Assembly (NCBI GenBank): GCA_037129895.1
Contig: JBAXUB010000004.1
Span: forward strand, 60-64,059
Origin: Candidatus Tayloriibacteriota bacterium
GTDB lineage: Bacteria; Patescibacteriota; Minisyncoccia; Phycocordibacterales; PALSA-1337
Length of the DNA stretch: 64,000 bases
Direction: 5' to 3'
The stretch's first letter is position 1. Each line of letters opens with the position of its first letter. Under the pieces are notes generated by a model that searched no databases, was not told where the DNA came from, and was given only the letters and a program-made list of their open reading frames with translations. Both the position numbers and the translations under genes were made by a program. Of this stretch, positions 19,389 to 27,087 are shown piece by piece.

Positions 19389-21641
19389 GTGGAAAGAATC
19401 CCAGAAGAACCAAATTTTCATGAAATATCTGAAAAAAGGAAGGAACTCCGAGGGGCTATTTCTGAACTTGGTGATAAGGGACCTATTTTTGAAAAGCACT
19501 ATAAAAAACCACTAGCCGAGGCGGATGAGGAGGCGAGCAAATTCAAAATAGAAGATTTTGGTGGTATTAGTGGTGCCAAGAAAGTTCTCAAAAAACAAAA
19601 ATCCAAATACGAAGAAGATTTTTCTGAAGATAGGGCTCATATTGATTATGAAACTATTTTGAAGGTAGCGCCAGAAGTGGGCGAAGTGCAAAAGATAACA
19701 GAAGAGATTGCCGATCTTAAGGATTTTAGGATGCGTCGAATGTTAGAGCTTTTAAGCCCGCAAACTTCACTTTCAGCTAAAACGAGAAACGAAGCTGTGC
19801 TTAAAACTGTAAAAGAAGAAATCAGAGAAAACGAAGAAAAATTAGAAGAGGCTGACTCGTTGGTTTTACGCCAGGCAGAGCTTATCGAATACAAAGAAAA
19901 TTTGGCCAAGAGTGGTCATATTTGCATCACACCTAGTGTAGAAAAAGATCTGGAGGCGATAGGCGACAGAATGCTTACTGGCAAGCCGATGTTTCTACAT
20001 GGTCCTACAGGTACAGGAAAAACTTCTCTAGCCAGATTCGCTGCTACTCATTTTACTGGCAATGACCCGGAAATGGTTTTTTGTAATCCACAGACTAAGG
20101 AATCAAATGTCTGGGGGAAGACCGGTATTAAGCCAGCGGGAGGCGGAGCGATAGAAACTGTGGAGATTTATGGCCCGCTCGCCAAAGCAATGATAGACGG
20201 CAAGACCGTGATTTTTGATGAATTTACCGCTTTGCCAAAAGAGCAAATGGTTTTCATTAAAGGTGTTTTTAATGCCAAGGTGGGGGATAGAATAAATATT
20301 GTTGGCAATGGCATCGTCGAAATTGCTCCCGGTTTCCAAATGATTTTTACCGCCAACTTGAAATCTGAGAAAAATCCCGAGAGGCAGGATTTACCGCCAG
20401 AAATTGCCCGAGAATTTGAACAAAATAACCTAGAGGTCAAATATACACCCCAAGGTGAAGCTTACGACATTATGCTTTCTAGGCTTCTGAATCGAGACGG
20501 TTCTATCGATATGTCTTTTTATGATTTGAATACCACTCTGCCGAATCTTTGTAAAGTGATGACAGAAATCCAGGAATCGTATACCAACGAGACTGATAAA
20601 GAGGTGGCGAGAAGAGCAGGGGCAATGGATGCTTCCGGTAAGGTTTATTCCTTGAAAAAATTTGTGATGACACAGGGTTCAGTGGAAGCAATTTTGTCTT
20701 CATATTTGATAGAAAAACAGACGGGCAGGAAGGAGAGAAGTTTCGCAGAATTTTTGGATGAAAGATTCATGACAGCTCTGACTTTCAAAGAATACCCCAA
20801 AGAAGATAGAATCTTGGTGGCTAAGATTTTAGCGTCCAAAGGATTTTTGTTGACATTAAATGTCAAAGATTTGGATTTACCGGAAGATATTTTTCAGTTG
20901 AATACCATCAAAGCAATGCGTGGGGAAGATGCCGTAGAAGAACTCCAAAAAGAGTCTGGTGCGGTTAAACATCTAACCTTGAAGGAGGTGGCGGAGCTCG
21001 ACCCGTTCCATAAAAGGCCAGAATTATTGAAAAAACAAGCAGAAGCACTTTTGGGAGATGAAAAGAGCGAAAAAGACCCATTTTTAAAAAGCTTGAATAA
21101 AAAAATGGAGAAAATTTTTGGTAAGGAGAAACCAGTCAATATAATTGATCTATTGATCGCCCACGAACCTTTCCTCAGAGAAACTTTTGGTAAATGGTAC
21201 AGTGGTGATCAAAAGAAGATCGATATTCCTCAAAGACCATCTCTTGTCGACCCGCAATCGTTAGACTTTTCCTCCCTCAAATCCGATATTGACCCTTCAA
21301 AATTCGGTGAATACACCCTAAACCCCGAATGTCTCGGCCTAGACTTCAAAACTGCCAAAATCAAGGTCCTAGATATCCAAAAAGAAATCAAAACTAACAA
21401 ACTAACTGATATAGCCTCCATTGGTAAATACATTATTGACACCTACAGCAAAGACTATATCATCCCAGATATCTCCTTTTGGCAGTGGATGATTGAAAAA
21501 GGTGCCAATGCTCCAACTGAACTTCTGGATGGCAACTATCACTTTTGTTTCGGCTCTATCCTCCGCCGCTCGGGTGGCGATGCTGAGGTGCCTTATGCGA
21601 ATTGGCTTGGCTCTGAGTTCAGTCGGGATGCCCGCAGGTGA
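19389..21641 (+). CDS. AAA+ ATPase (MoxR/AAA_5-like) with C-terminal DGR variable-region domain; DGR target protein 1
   Basis: Walker A GPTGTGKTSLARF and Walker B VIFDEF. N-terminal coiled coil. The last ~130 nt match the TR with adenine-specific mismatches. Confidence 0.7.
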   Translation: MERIPEEPNFHEISEKRKELRGAISELGDKGPIFEKHYKKPLAEADEEASKFKIEDFGGISGAKKVLKKQKSKYEEDFSEDRAHIDYETILKVAPEVGEVQKITEEIADLKDFRMRRMLELLSPQTSLSAKTRNEAVLKTVKEEIRENEEKLEEADSLVLRQAELIEYKENLAKSGHICITPSVEKDLEAIGDRMLTGKPMFLHGPTGTGKTSLARFAATHFTGNDPEMVFCNPQTKESNVWGKTGIKPAGGGAIETVEIYGPLAKAMIDGKTVIFDEFTALPKEQMVFIKGVFNAKVGDRINIVGNGIVEIAPGFQMIFTANLKSEKNPERQDLPPEIAREFEQNNLEVKYTPQGEAYDIMLSRLLNRDGSIDMSFYDLNTTLPNLCKVMTEIQESYTNETDKEVARRAGAMDASGKVYSLKKFVMTQGSVEAILSSYLIEKQTGRKERSFAEFLDERFMTALTFKEYPKEDRILVAKILASKGFLLTLNVKDLDLPEDIFQLNTIKAMRGEDAVEELQKESGAVKHLTLKEVAELDPFHKRPELLKKQAEALLGDEKSEKDPFLKSLNKKMEKIFGKEKPVNIIDLLIAHEPFLRETFGKWYSGDQKKIDIPQRPSLVDPQSLDFSSLKSDIDPSKFGEYTLNPECLGLDFKTAKIKVLDIQKEIKTNKLTDIASIGKYIIDTYSKDYIIPDISFWQWMIEKGANAPTELLDGNYHFCFGSILRRSGGDAEVPYANWLGSEFSRDARR

Positions 21642-21681
21642 GACAATGACTGGCGCTCCAGCTATCGGGTTGCTCTCCTCG
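21549..21681 (+). other. DGR variable region VR1 (extends ~40 nt past the TGA stop at 21639..21641)
   Basis: 16 mismatches against the TR, 15 of them at TR adenines. The 3-prime ~35 nt (initiation of mutagenic homing, IMH-like) are identical to the TR. Confidence 0.8.
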
Positions 21682-21770
21682 AGAGGTAGTGTTTGTATTG
21701 ACCTTGGCCTTTTGACTTTTGTCTTGTCCCCATCGTCTGTTCTCTTTGATTCTTTTGGATTTTGCAATCC

Positions 21771-21800
21771 TCCCGAATGTAATCATTCGGGAGGATTTGT
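21771..21800 (+). other. perfect 13-bp hairpin atcctcccgaatg-taat-cattcgggaggat downstream of VR1
   Basis: Seen directly. Lies exactly at the boundary where the VR1 and VR2 duplicated modules diverge. Confidence 0.5.
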
Positions 21801-22035
21801 CCTATGTTATACTTGTCAGGCATATACAATAATGCGTCCGGGTACGCTTTGACGCGCTATATGCCGAGACCAACAGAACAGAGTCAAGTGCGGTTATCCA
21901 AACTTGAGCGTGTCTGCTGGTGGTGTAATAATTAAACACACTCTGTGAAGCCCACCAAGACATTATGATGTCAAAGACAAAAACCATCCGTGCTTAGGTG
22001 TCATCACGTGCGGGATTGGATATAGATGATGGGCT

Positions 22036-22165
22036 TCGCTAATCCTCCGCAACTCGGATGGCGATGCTAAGGTGCCTTATGCGAATTGGAATGGCACTGA
22101 GTTCAATCGGAATGCCAACAGGTTAGACAATGACTGGAACTCCAACTATCGAGTTGCTCTCCTCG
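22036..22165 (+). other. DGR template repeat (TR)
   Basis: Adenine-rich counterpart of VR1/VR2. AAC/AAT codons lie in register with the target reading frame. Confidence 0.8.
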
Positions 22166-22195
22166 TTACTGTGTTGATTTTCCACCAATTTGGAA

Positions 22196-22567
22196 TTATT
22201 TAAATTGGTGGTTTTGTTTTTTTATTTGGTTTTTCCAGCCGTATAACATTTTGCCGACTTCCTCAACTTTTTGCGACAGGCTAAAAAAAGTATTTTGATC
22301 TAGTCCTTTAAGCTCAAATAAAGCATAGAACATAAACTTAAGCGTATCATTCTTGGTAATGGCGGACATAATCAGTTCTGTGCGAAGGTGAGGTTCGCTA
22401 TAATATGCCGAAGCGATTGATTCTATCATCGTTGCTAGTATCGTCTCGATTCGTATACCCATGGAATAGCGAAGCGATTTGGGAATATGTTTCGTTTTGA
22501 GTTGCCAATCTACATAAAGAGCCAATACTTTTAAGCTTATGCTGGGCAGTTTGCTTGTCGTAGTCAT
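22196..22567 (-). CDS. avd: four-helix-bundle protein, DGR accessory Avd-like (23S rRNA intervening-sequence protein family)
   Basis: ~120-aa helical protein between TR and RT. Family resemblance to TIGR02436. Opposite strand to the RT. Confidence 0.5.
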   Translation of the reverse strand: MTTTSKLPSISLKVLALYVDWQLKTKHIPKSLRYSMGIRIETILATMIESIASAYYSEPHLRTELIMSAITKNDTLKFMFYALFELKGLDQNTFFSLSQKVEEVGKMLYGWKNQIKKQNHQFK

Positions 22568-22575
22568 TTTGCCTA

Positions 22576-23586
22576 TTGTATATGAAAAAAAATAAAAATA
22601 ACATACCCACCTTCGATGAAATTATAACCCTACCCTCGCTGTTTTCAGCATGGCGAGAGTTTGTTTGTGGCAAGAAATCAAAAGGTGATGTGGCGATATT
22701 TGCTATAAATTTATATTCTAATTTGCGAGCTCTAGGCACTGATTTGATGTATGACAGGTATCAGCATGGCGGATACGAATATTTTAAAGTCAAAGATCCG
22801 AAAGAACGCGACATTCATAAGGCGAGTGTGAGAGATCGGGTTGTTCATCATCTTTTATATTCTGCACTCTATGATCATTTTGACCATTATTTTATTTATG
22901 ATTCGTATTCTTGTCGGAATGGCAAAGGCACACACCGTGCAGTGGAGCGGTTTGCTAGATTTGTGTATTCTGTGAGCCAGAGAAATACGCAACCAGTTTG
23001 GATTCTTAAATGTGATATCCGAAAATGCTTTGCTTCAGTTGATCATAGTATCTTACTCGCTATATTAAAACGGCATATCTGTTGTCCGCATTTATCTGGT
23101 ATCGTTAGATCGGTAATTAGAAGCTTTTCAAGTGGCTTGGAAGGAAAAGGAATTCCGTTAGGTAATCTTACTAGCCAGTTATTTATTAATGTTTATCTTC
23201 ACGAATTAGACACATATATTAAAAGAACGCTCGGAGTAAAATATTATATCCGTTATGCTGATGATTTTGTAATTATGGCCAATAGCCGCTTCCTACTGGA
23301 CAATCAGCTCATCCTTATCCGCCATTTTTTGGAAACTAAACTCAAAATGCAAATTCATCCCGATAAAATATTCATTAAAACACTGGCGACAGGATTAGGT
23401 TTCCTCGGCTGGATAAAGTTTTTTGATCACTTGATTCCACGGGCTTCTACTAGACGGCGGATGTTTAAAACAATTAAAAATAGTCCGCATCGGGAAGTAA
23501 CAATACAGTCATATCTCGGAATGCTATCGCACGGGAATACGCACAAACTCCGGGAAATAATCCGGCAAATGCTTGATGGAAAATAG
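22576..23586 (+). CDS. DGR reverse transcriptase
   Basis: Motifs GIPLGNLTSQLFINVYL (IGxxxSQ hallmark of DGR RTs) and RYADDFVI (YxDD). 336 aa. Confidence 0.85.
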   Translation: MYMKKNKNNIPTFDEIITLPSLFSAWREFVCGKKSKGDVAIFAINLYSNLRALGTDLMYDRYQHGGYEYFKVKDPKERDIHKASVRDRVVHHLLYSALYDHFDHYFIYDSYSCRNGKGTHRAVERFARFVYSVSQRNTQPVWILKCDIRKCFASVDHSILLAILKRHICCPHLSGIVRSVIRSFSSGLEGKGIPLGNLTSQLFINVYLHELDTYIKRTLGVKYYIRYADDFVIMANSRFLLDNQLILIRHFLETKLKMQIHPDKIFIKTLATGLGFLGWIKFFDHLIPRASTRRRMFKTIKNSPHREVTIQSYLGMLSHGNTHKLREIIRQMLDGK

Positions 23587-23618
23587 AAAAAGCAGAAGAA
23601 ATTTGGTAGAATGACAAT

Positions 23619-25508
23619 ATGGAACGACTAGATATTATAGAAACAAAAACAGGAAAAAAGCCAGAAGAAATTGCTGAGGATAGCGAGCATGCTGAGGCGG
23701 TGGCATTGGTGGAAAAGCATAGGGATTTTTTTGAGCATTATGCCAAAGGTAAGATAAAAATTGAGCCGGCACCTAAAAGCATACCCACTTTTGCTTTTAA
23801 TTTGGAAAAGAACACCATTTATGTAAATTCAATGTTCTATAAAAAGCTGGGTTTGTCTGAAGAAAAAACAGTCTTTGCAACTCTACATGAGATAGAACAT
23901 TTTATGGAAAAATTGCAGATTCTCTCTGAAGATGGCGGTGAGAAATCTTTTGATAAGTATTTAAAGAGAATCAAAGCTTCTAAAGCCTATTCTCTGATGG
24001 ATAATTGCGTGGCGGATATTCGCGAGAATCGGGCAGTGGTTGGAAAGACCAATAAAGGAATGGGTGAGCTGGAGGAAAAAACCTACAAAGAGGATCTGTT
24101 CGCGGAAACCGATTTTACCAAACAACCTAGGCATATCCAACTTAGTCAGGCACTTTTGAGAGAGGCTAGAGTACCGGATGAAAAGTGCGATGTATCGTCG
24201 GAAGTGAGGCAAGCGCTTGATGAGGTGGGAAAAGTGAAAGGTTTGATGGAAATAATGACGAACCCAGAAACGCCAATGTCCATGCGTATGAAATTGCAAG
24301 ATAAATATATCTGGCCGAAAGTGGAATCACTTTTGGAAAAAGATATGGAGGATAAGAAAAAACAAAAAGAGCAAGAAAAAAAGGAAAAAGAAAAGGGAGA
24401 AGGGAATGATGGTCGAGAATCAGGTGAAGGTAAGGAAGGGCAAGAGGGTGATAAGGACGAAGAAACAGACCCGAATAAAACATTTGCAGACGAGTATGCC
24501 AGGGCGGAGGCGAAATTTCCCGAAGCTGTGCCGATAGAAGAGATAGAAAAAGCCTTGAAAGAATGGAAAGAAGCGCAAAAAGGTAAAGACAATAATGATA
24601 AAGCAGACGAGGACTATGCAAAGAAAATCGGCGTGGAGAAAGAAGATTTGCAGGACTACAGGAAAATAGTAGAAAATTTGGAAAAAACTGTGAATCCGGA
24701 AACGGATGTTGGTATATTAGACGAATTAAAAAATCTTTTTTCTAGAATTATTGCCAAACGAATAAAGGTTGCTCAAGTACCAAAGTATCCAGTAGAAGAA
24801 GGGGATGAATTGACCGATCCGGCGCAACTCGTGGCAGATGTAAAATCTGGCAATCTTCAACCGAAAGTCTGGGAAGATACAGAAATTATAGAAAAAAAGG
24901 GAAACAGATTTGGTGAAGTAGAAATCACCTTGGTTTGTGATCAGTCTGGTTCCATGGCGGGGCAGAAAGCGGAAGAGCAGAGAAAGTCTGCTGTTTTGGT
25001 AATGGAGGTATTGAAAGAGTTTGGGGAGCTGTGTGAAGCAGAAAAGATAAATATAGACAAACCGCTCGAAGTAAAGTCTGAGATTTACGGTTTCGGTGCT
25101 GGTGATGATGAAAAGCCAATGAAAAAGATGTCTGCGGAGCTTGGTGAAGCGGAAAGGATAGAAGTGCTGAAAAGACTTTATGATGTGCCAGGTGGAACGA
25201 CTGATTTCAATTGTTTGGAAGCAATAGATGGCAATTTGACTGAAAATATAAAAAATAAAATCAAGATTGGCGAGCTTAAAAAAATAGTGATTGTCTTTAC
25301 CGATGGTGGAAGTGATAATCCAGGGAGAGTGCAGGGTGTTTTAAAAAGCTTGAGAGATGGTGGAGTGATAGCGATCGGTGTGGGGATTACTAGCGAAGGA
25401 ACACCAGTCTTGTCTACTTATGCGCCGAATGCATTGGTGGTGGAAGATGTAAGTAAATTACCAATCGTTTTGGGTGAACTTTTAAAAGAACATTTGAAAG
25501 ATTTATAG
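23619..25508 (+). CDS. zincin-like (HEIEH) metallopeptidase motif + acidic low-complexity linker + C-terminal von Willebrand factor A domain protein
   Basis: HExxH in TVFATLHEIEHFM. MIDAS motif CDQSGSM and ...VFTDGGSD in the C-terminal region. Confidence 0.6.
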   Translation: MERLDIIETKTGKKPEEIAEDSEHAEAVALVEKHRDFFEHYAKGKIKIEPAPKSIPTFAFNLEKNTIYVNSMFYKKLGLSEEKTVFATLHEIEHFMEKLQILSEDGGEKSFDKYLKRIKASKAYSLMDNCVADIRENRAVVGKTNKGMGELEEKTYKEDLFAETDFTKQPRHIQLSQALLREARVPDEKCDVSSEVRQALDEVGKVKGLMEIMTNPETPMSMRMKLQDKYIWPKVESLLEKDMEDKKKQKEQEKKEKEKGEGNDGRESGEGKEGQEGDKDEETDPNKTFADEYARAEAKFPEAVPIEEIEKALKEWKEAQKGKDNNDKADEDYAKKIGVEKEDLQDYRKIVENLEKTVNPETDVGILDELKNLFSRIIAKRIKVAQVPKYPVEEGDELTDPAQLVADVKSGNLQPKVWEDTEIIEKKGNRFGEVEITLVCDQSGSMAGQKAEEQRKSAVLVMEVLKEFGELCEAEKINIDKPLEVKSEIYGFGAGDDEKPMKKMSAELGEAERIEVLKRLYDVPGGTTDFNCLEAIDGNLTENIKNKIKIGELKKIVIVFTDGGSDNPGRVQGVLKSLRDGGVIAIGVGITSEGTPVLSTYAPNALVVEDVSKLPIVLGELLKEHLKDL

Positions 25509-25528
25509 TTTAAGCCTATAATTGCAAT

Positions 25529-26344
25529 ATGAATTTTGAATCTATCGTAAACATGGCCAAGGGGTCAAAGAAAGAGGAAATAGTCAAAAAACCGGAAAAA
25601 TCCCAAGAGGAACTCCGAGGAGCTTTGGAGTCAAAATTAGAATCTTCGAAACCAGTCTTGCAAGAGGGAATCAAAGAATATGAGCAGGCTTTGAAAGATG
25701 ATACTTTCGAAGACCAAGATGGTGAGGCAGAAGGAGCTGGTGAGAAAAGGAAGGAAGCTATGCAAGCCAAGCTCAGCTCCATGTTTGACCGAGCGGAAAA
25801 AATGAGGAAGCAATTGGACAGTGGTGAAATTCTCGAGCAAATTCCTGAGGCCGATACTATCTTACGGGAACCTTTCCTCAGAGAAACTTTTGGTAAATGG
25901 TACAGTGGTGATCAAAAGAAGATCGATATTCCTCAAAGACCATCTCTTGTCGACCCGCAATCGTTAGACTTTTCCTCCCTCAAATCCGATATTGACCCTT
26001 CAAAATTCGGTGAATACACCCTAAACCCCGAATGTCTCGGCCTAGACTTCAAAACTGCCAAAATCAAGGTCCTAGATATCCAAAAAGAAATCAAAACTAA
26101 CAAACTAACTGATATAGCCTCCATTGGTAAATACATTATTGACACCTACAGCAAAGACTATATCATCCCAGATATCTCCTTTTGGCAGTGGATGATTGAA
26201 AAAGGTGCCAATGCTCCAACTGAACTTCTGGATGGCAACTATCACTTTTGTTTCGGCTCTATCCTCCGCCGCTCGGGTGGCGATGCTGAGGTGCCTTATG
26301 CGAATTGGCTTGGCTCTGAGTTCAGTCGGGATGCCCGCAGGTGA
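25529..26344 (+). CDS. DGR target protein 2 (short; unrelated acidic N-terminus fused to the same VR-bearing C-terminal domain)
   Basis: Last 159 aa identical to target 1. DNA 25868..26469 identical to 21165..21766. Confidence 0.65.
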   Translation: MNFESIVNMAKGSKKEEIVKKPEKSQEELRGALESKLESSKPVLQEGIKEYEQALKDDTFEDQDGEAEGAGEKRKEAMQAKLSSMFDRAEKMRKQLDSGEILEQIPEADTILREPFLRETFGKWYSGDQKKIDIPQRPSLVDPQSLDFSSLKSDIDPSKFGEYTLNPECLGLDFKTAKIKVLDIQKEIKTNKLTDIASIGKYIIDTYSKDYIIPDISFWQWMIEKGANAPTELLDGNYHFCFGSILRRSGGDAEVPYANWLGSEFSRDARR

Positions 26345-26384
26345 GACAATGACTGGCGCTCCAGCTATCGGGTTGCTCTCCTCG
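26252..26384 (+). other. DGR variable region VR2 (identical to VR1)
   Basis: Exact copy of VR1 including the TGA stop. Confidence 0.75.
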
Positions 26385-26496
26385 AGAGGTAGTGTTTGTA
26401 TTGACCTTGGCCTTTTGACTTTTGTCTTGTCCCCATCGTCTGTTCTCTTTGATTCTTTTGGATTTTGCATTATAGTTATCATGGAATTGTTCCAAA

Positions 26497-26583
26497 GTCG
26501 GAGTGGTGAAATTGGCAAACACGCAGCGTTCAGAACGCTGTGAGCTCACGCTCTTGGGGGTTCAAGTCCCCCCTCCGGCACCA
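26497..26583 (+). tRNA. tRNA-Leu (anticodon CAG), CCA encoded
   Basis: Manual fold: acceptor GUCGGAG/CUCCGGC, anticodon loop UUCAGAA, long variable arm, T-arm GGGGG-UUCAAGU-CCCCC. Close overall to E. coli tRNA-Leu(CAG). Confidence 0.85.
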
Positions 26584-26617
26584 AAATCAGCAGACCACTA
26601 AGCAAGCCAATAATTTG

Positions 26618-26727
26618 GCTTGCGGCGGGGGACTTGAAAAGGTCGAGTATATTTTCGAGCGGCTATGCCGTGAGAAAATACGAGACCTGTACCGAAGCTG
26701 TAAGCTTCAAGTCCCCCCTCCGGCACA
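26618..26727 (+). repeat. ~110-nt structured element (X-Y) whose last 22 nt exactly repeat the tRNA-Leu 3-prime end (T-loop to discriminator); followed by a T9 run
   Basis: ttcaagtcccccctccggcac occurs at 26563..26584 (tRNA) and 26706..26727. 5-prime gggggacttgaa pairs with 3-prime ttcaagtccccc. Two internal hairpins covary with the copy at 1..170. Confidence 0.55.
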
Positions 26728-26905
26728 TTTTTTTTTGCTATTTTCCTCATATTTTGCTAGTCTATATTCTACTGGTTTGAGGTATCAGCTCTGATCTATT
26801 CTCTCAGCAAAATATCTCCGATCTGTAAATGCGCGCGTAGCTGTCTTGGTAGGTCTAAGACATCGGGCGGGCAAATAATGTTTCGTTGATAAATAGAGTT
26901 TATAT

Positions 26906-26978
26906 GCGCGCGTAGCTCAGTTGGTAGAGCACGCCACTGATACTGGCGGGGTCCCAGGTTCGAATCCTGGCGCGCGCA
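26906..26978 (+). tRNA. tRNA-Ile (anticodon GAU)
   Basis: Cloverleaf: GCGCGCG acceptor, D-arm gctc/gagc, anticodon loop CUGAUAC, T-arm ccagg-ttcgaat-cctgg. Confidence 0.85.
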
Positions 26979-27087
26979 CCCGAGTAAATCCGCTTATGCG
27001 GATTTTTAGTTGAGGTTTTATGTATGAGAGCGGAATTTTCCATTATGTCAATATTGCTTTTTTCTCTTCAAATGAGAAAATTGGAGC

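Noticed and set aside
21230-21442. Identical 70-aa antisense ORFs at 21230..21442 and 25933..26145.
   Set aside because: Identity is a by-product of the 602-bp duplication. They are antisense to the VR-bearing domain.
24146-24621. Two overlapping minus-strand ORFs (148/151 aa) inside the vWA gene.
   Set aside because: They are low-complexity S/P/F-rich translations of the antisense of a K/E-rich linker. They are not coding.
19389-26344. Alternative genetic code (UGA=Gly/Trp) suggested by the in-frame TGA inside both VRs.
   Set aside because: All other long genes (tuf, pyk, murD, mraY, alr and 14 ribosomal proteins) are intact in the standard code. A local nonsense mutation is the more economical reading. 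Kept as a finding to test.
26461-26730. Possible two-piece (circularly permuted) tmRNA. A T-arm plus CCA is followed by a GGGG..-initiated segment.
   Set aside because: The T-arm/CCA segment folds into a complete canonical type-II tRNA-Leu(CAG) using an upstream GUCGGAG acceptor strand. The downstream segment is too short (~110 nt) and has no tag-peptide reading frame ending in Ala-Ala plus stop.
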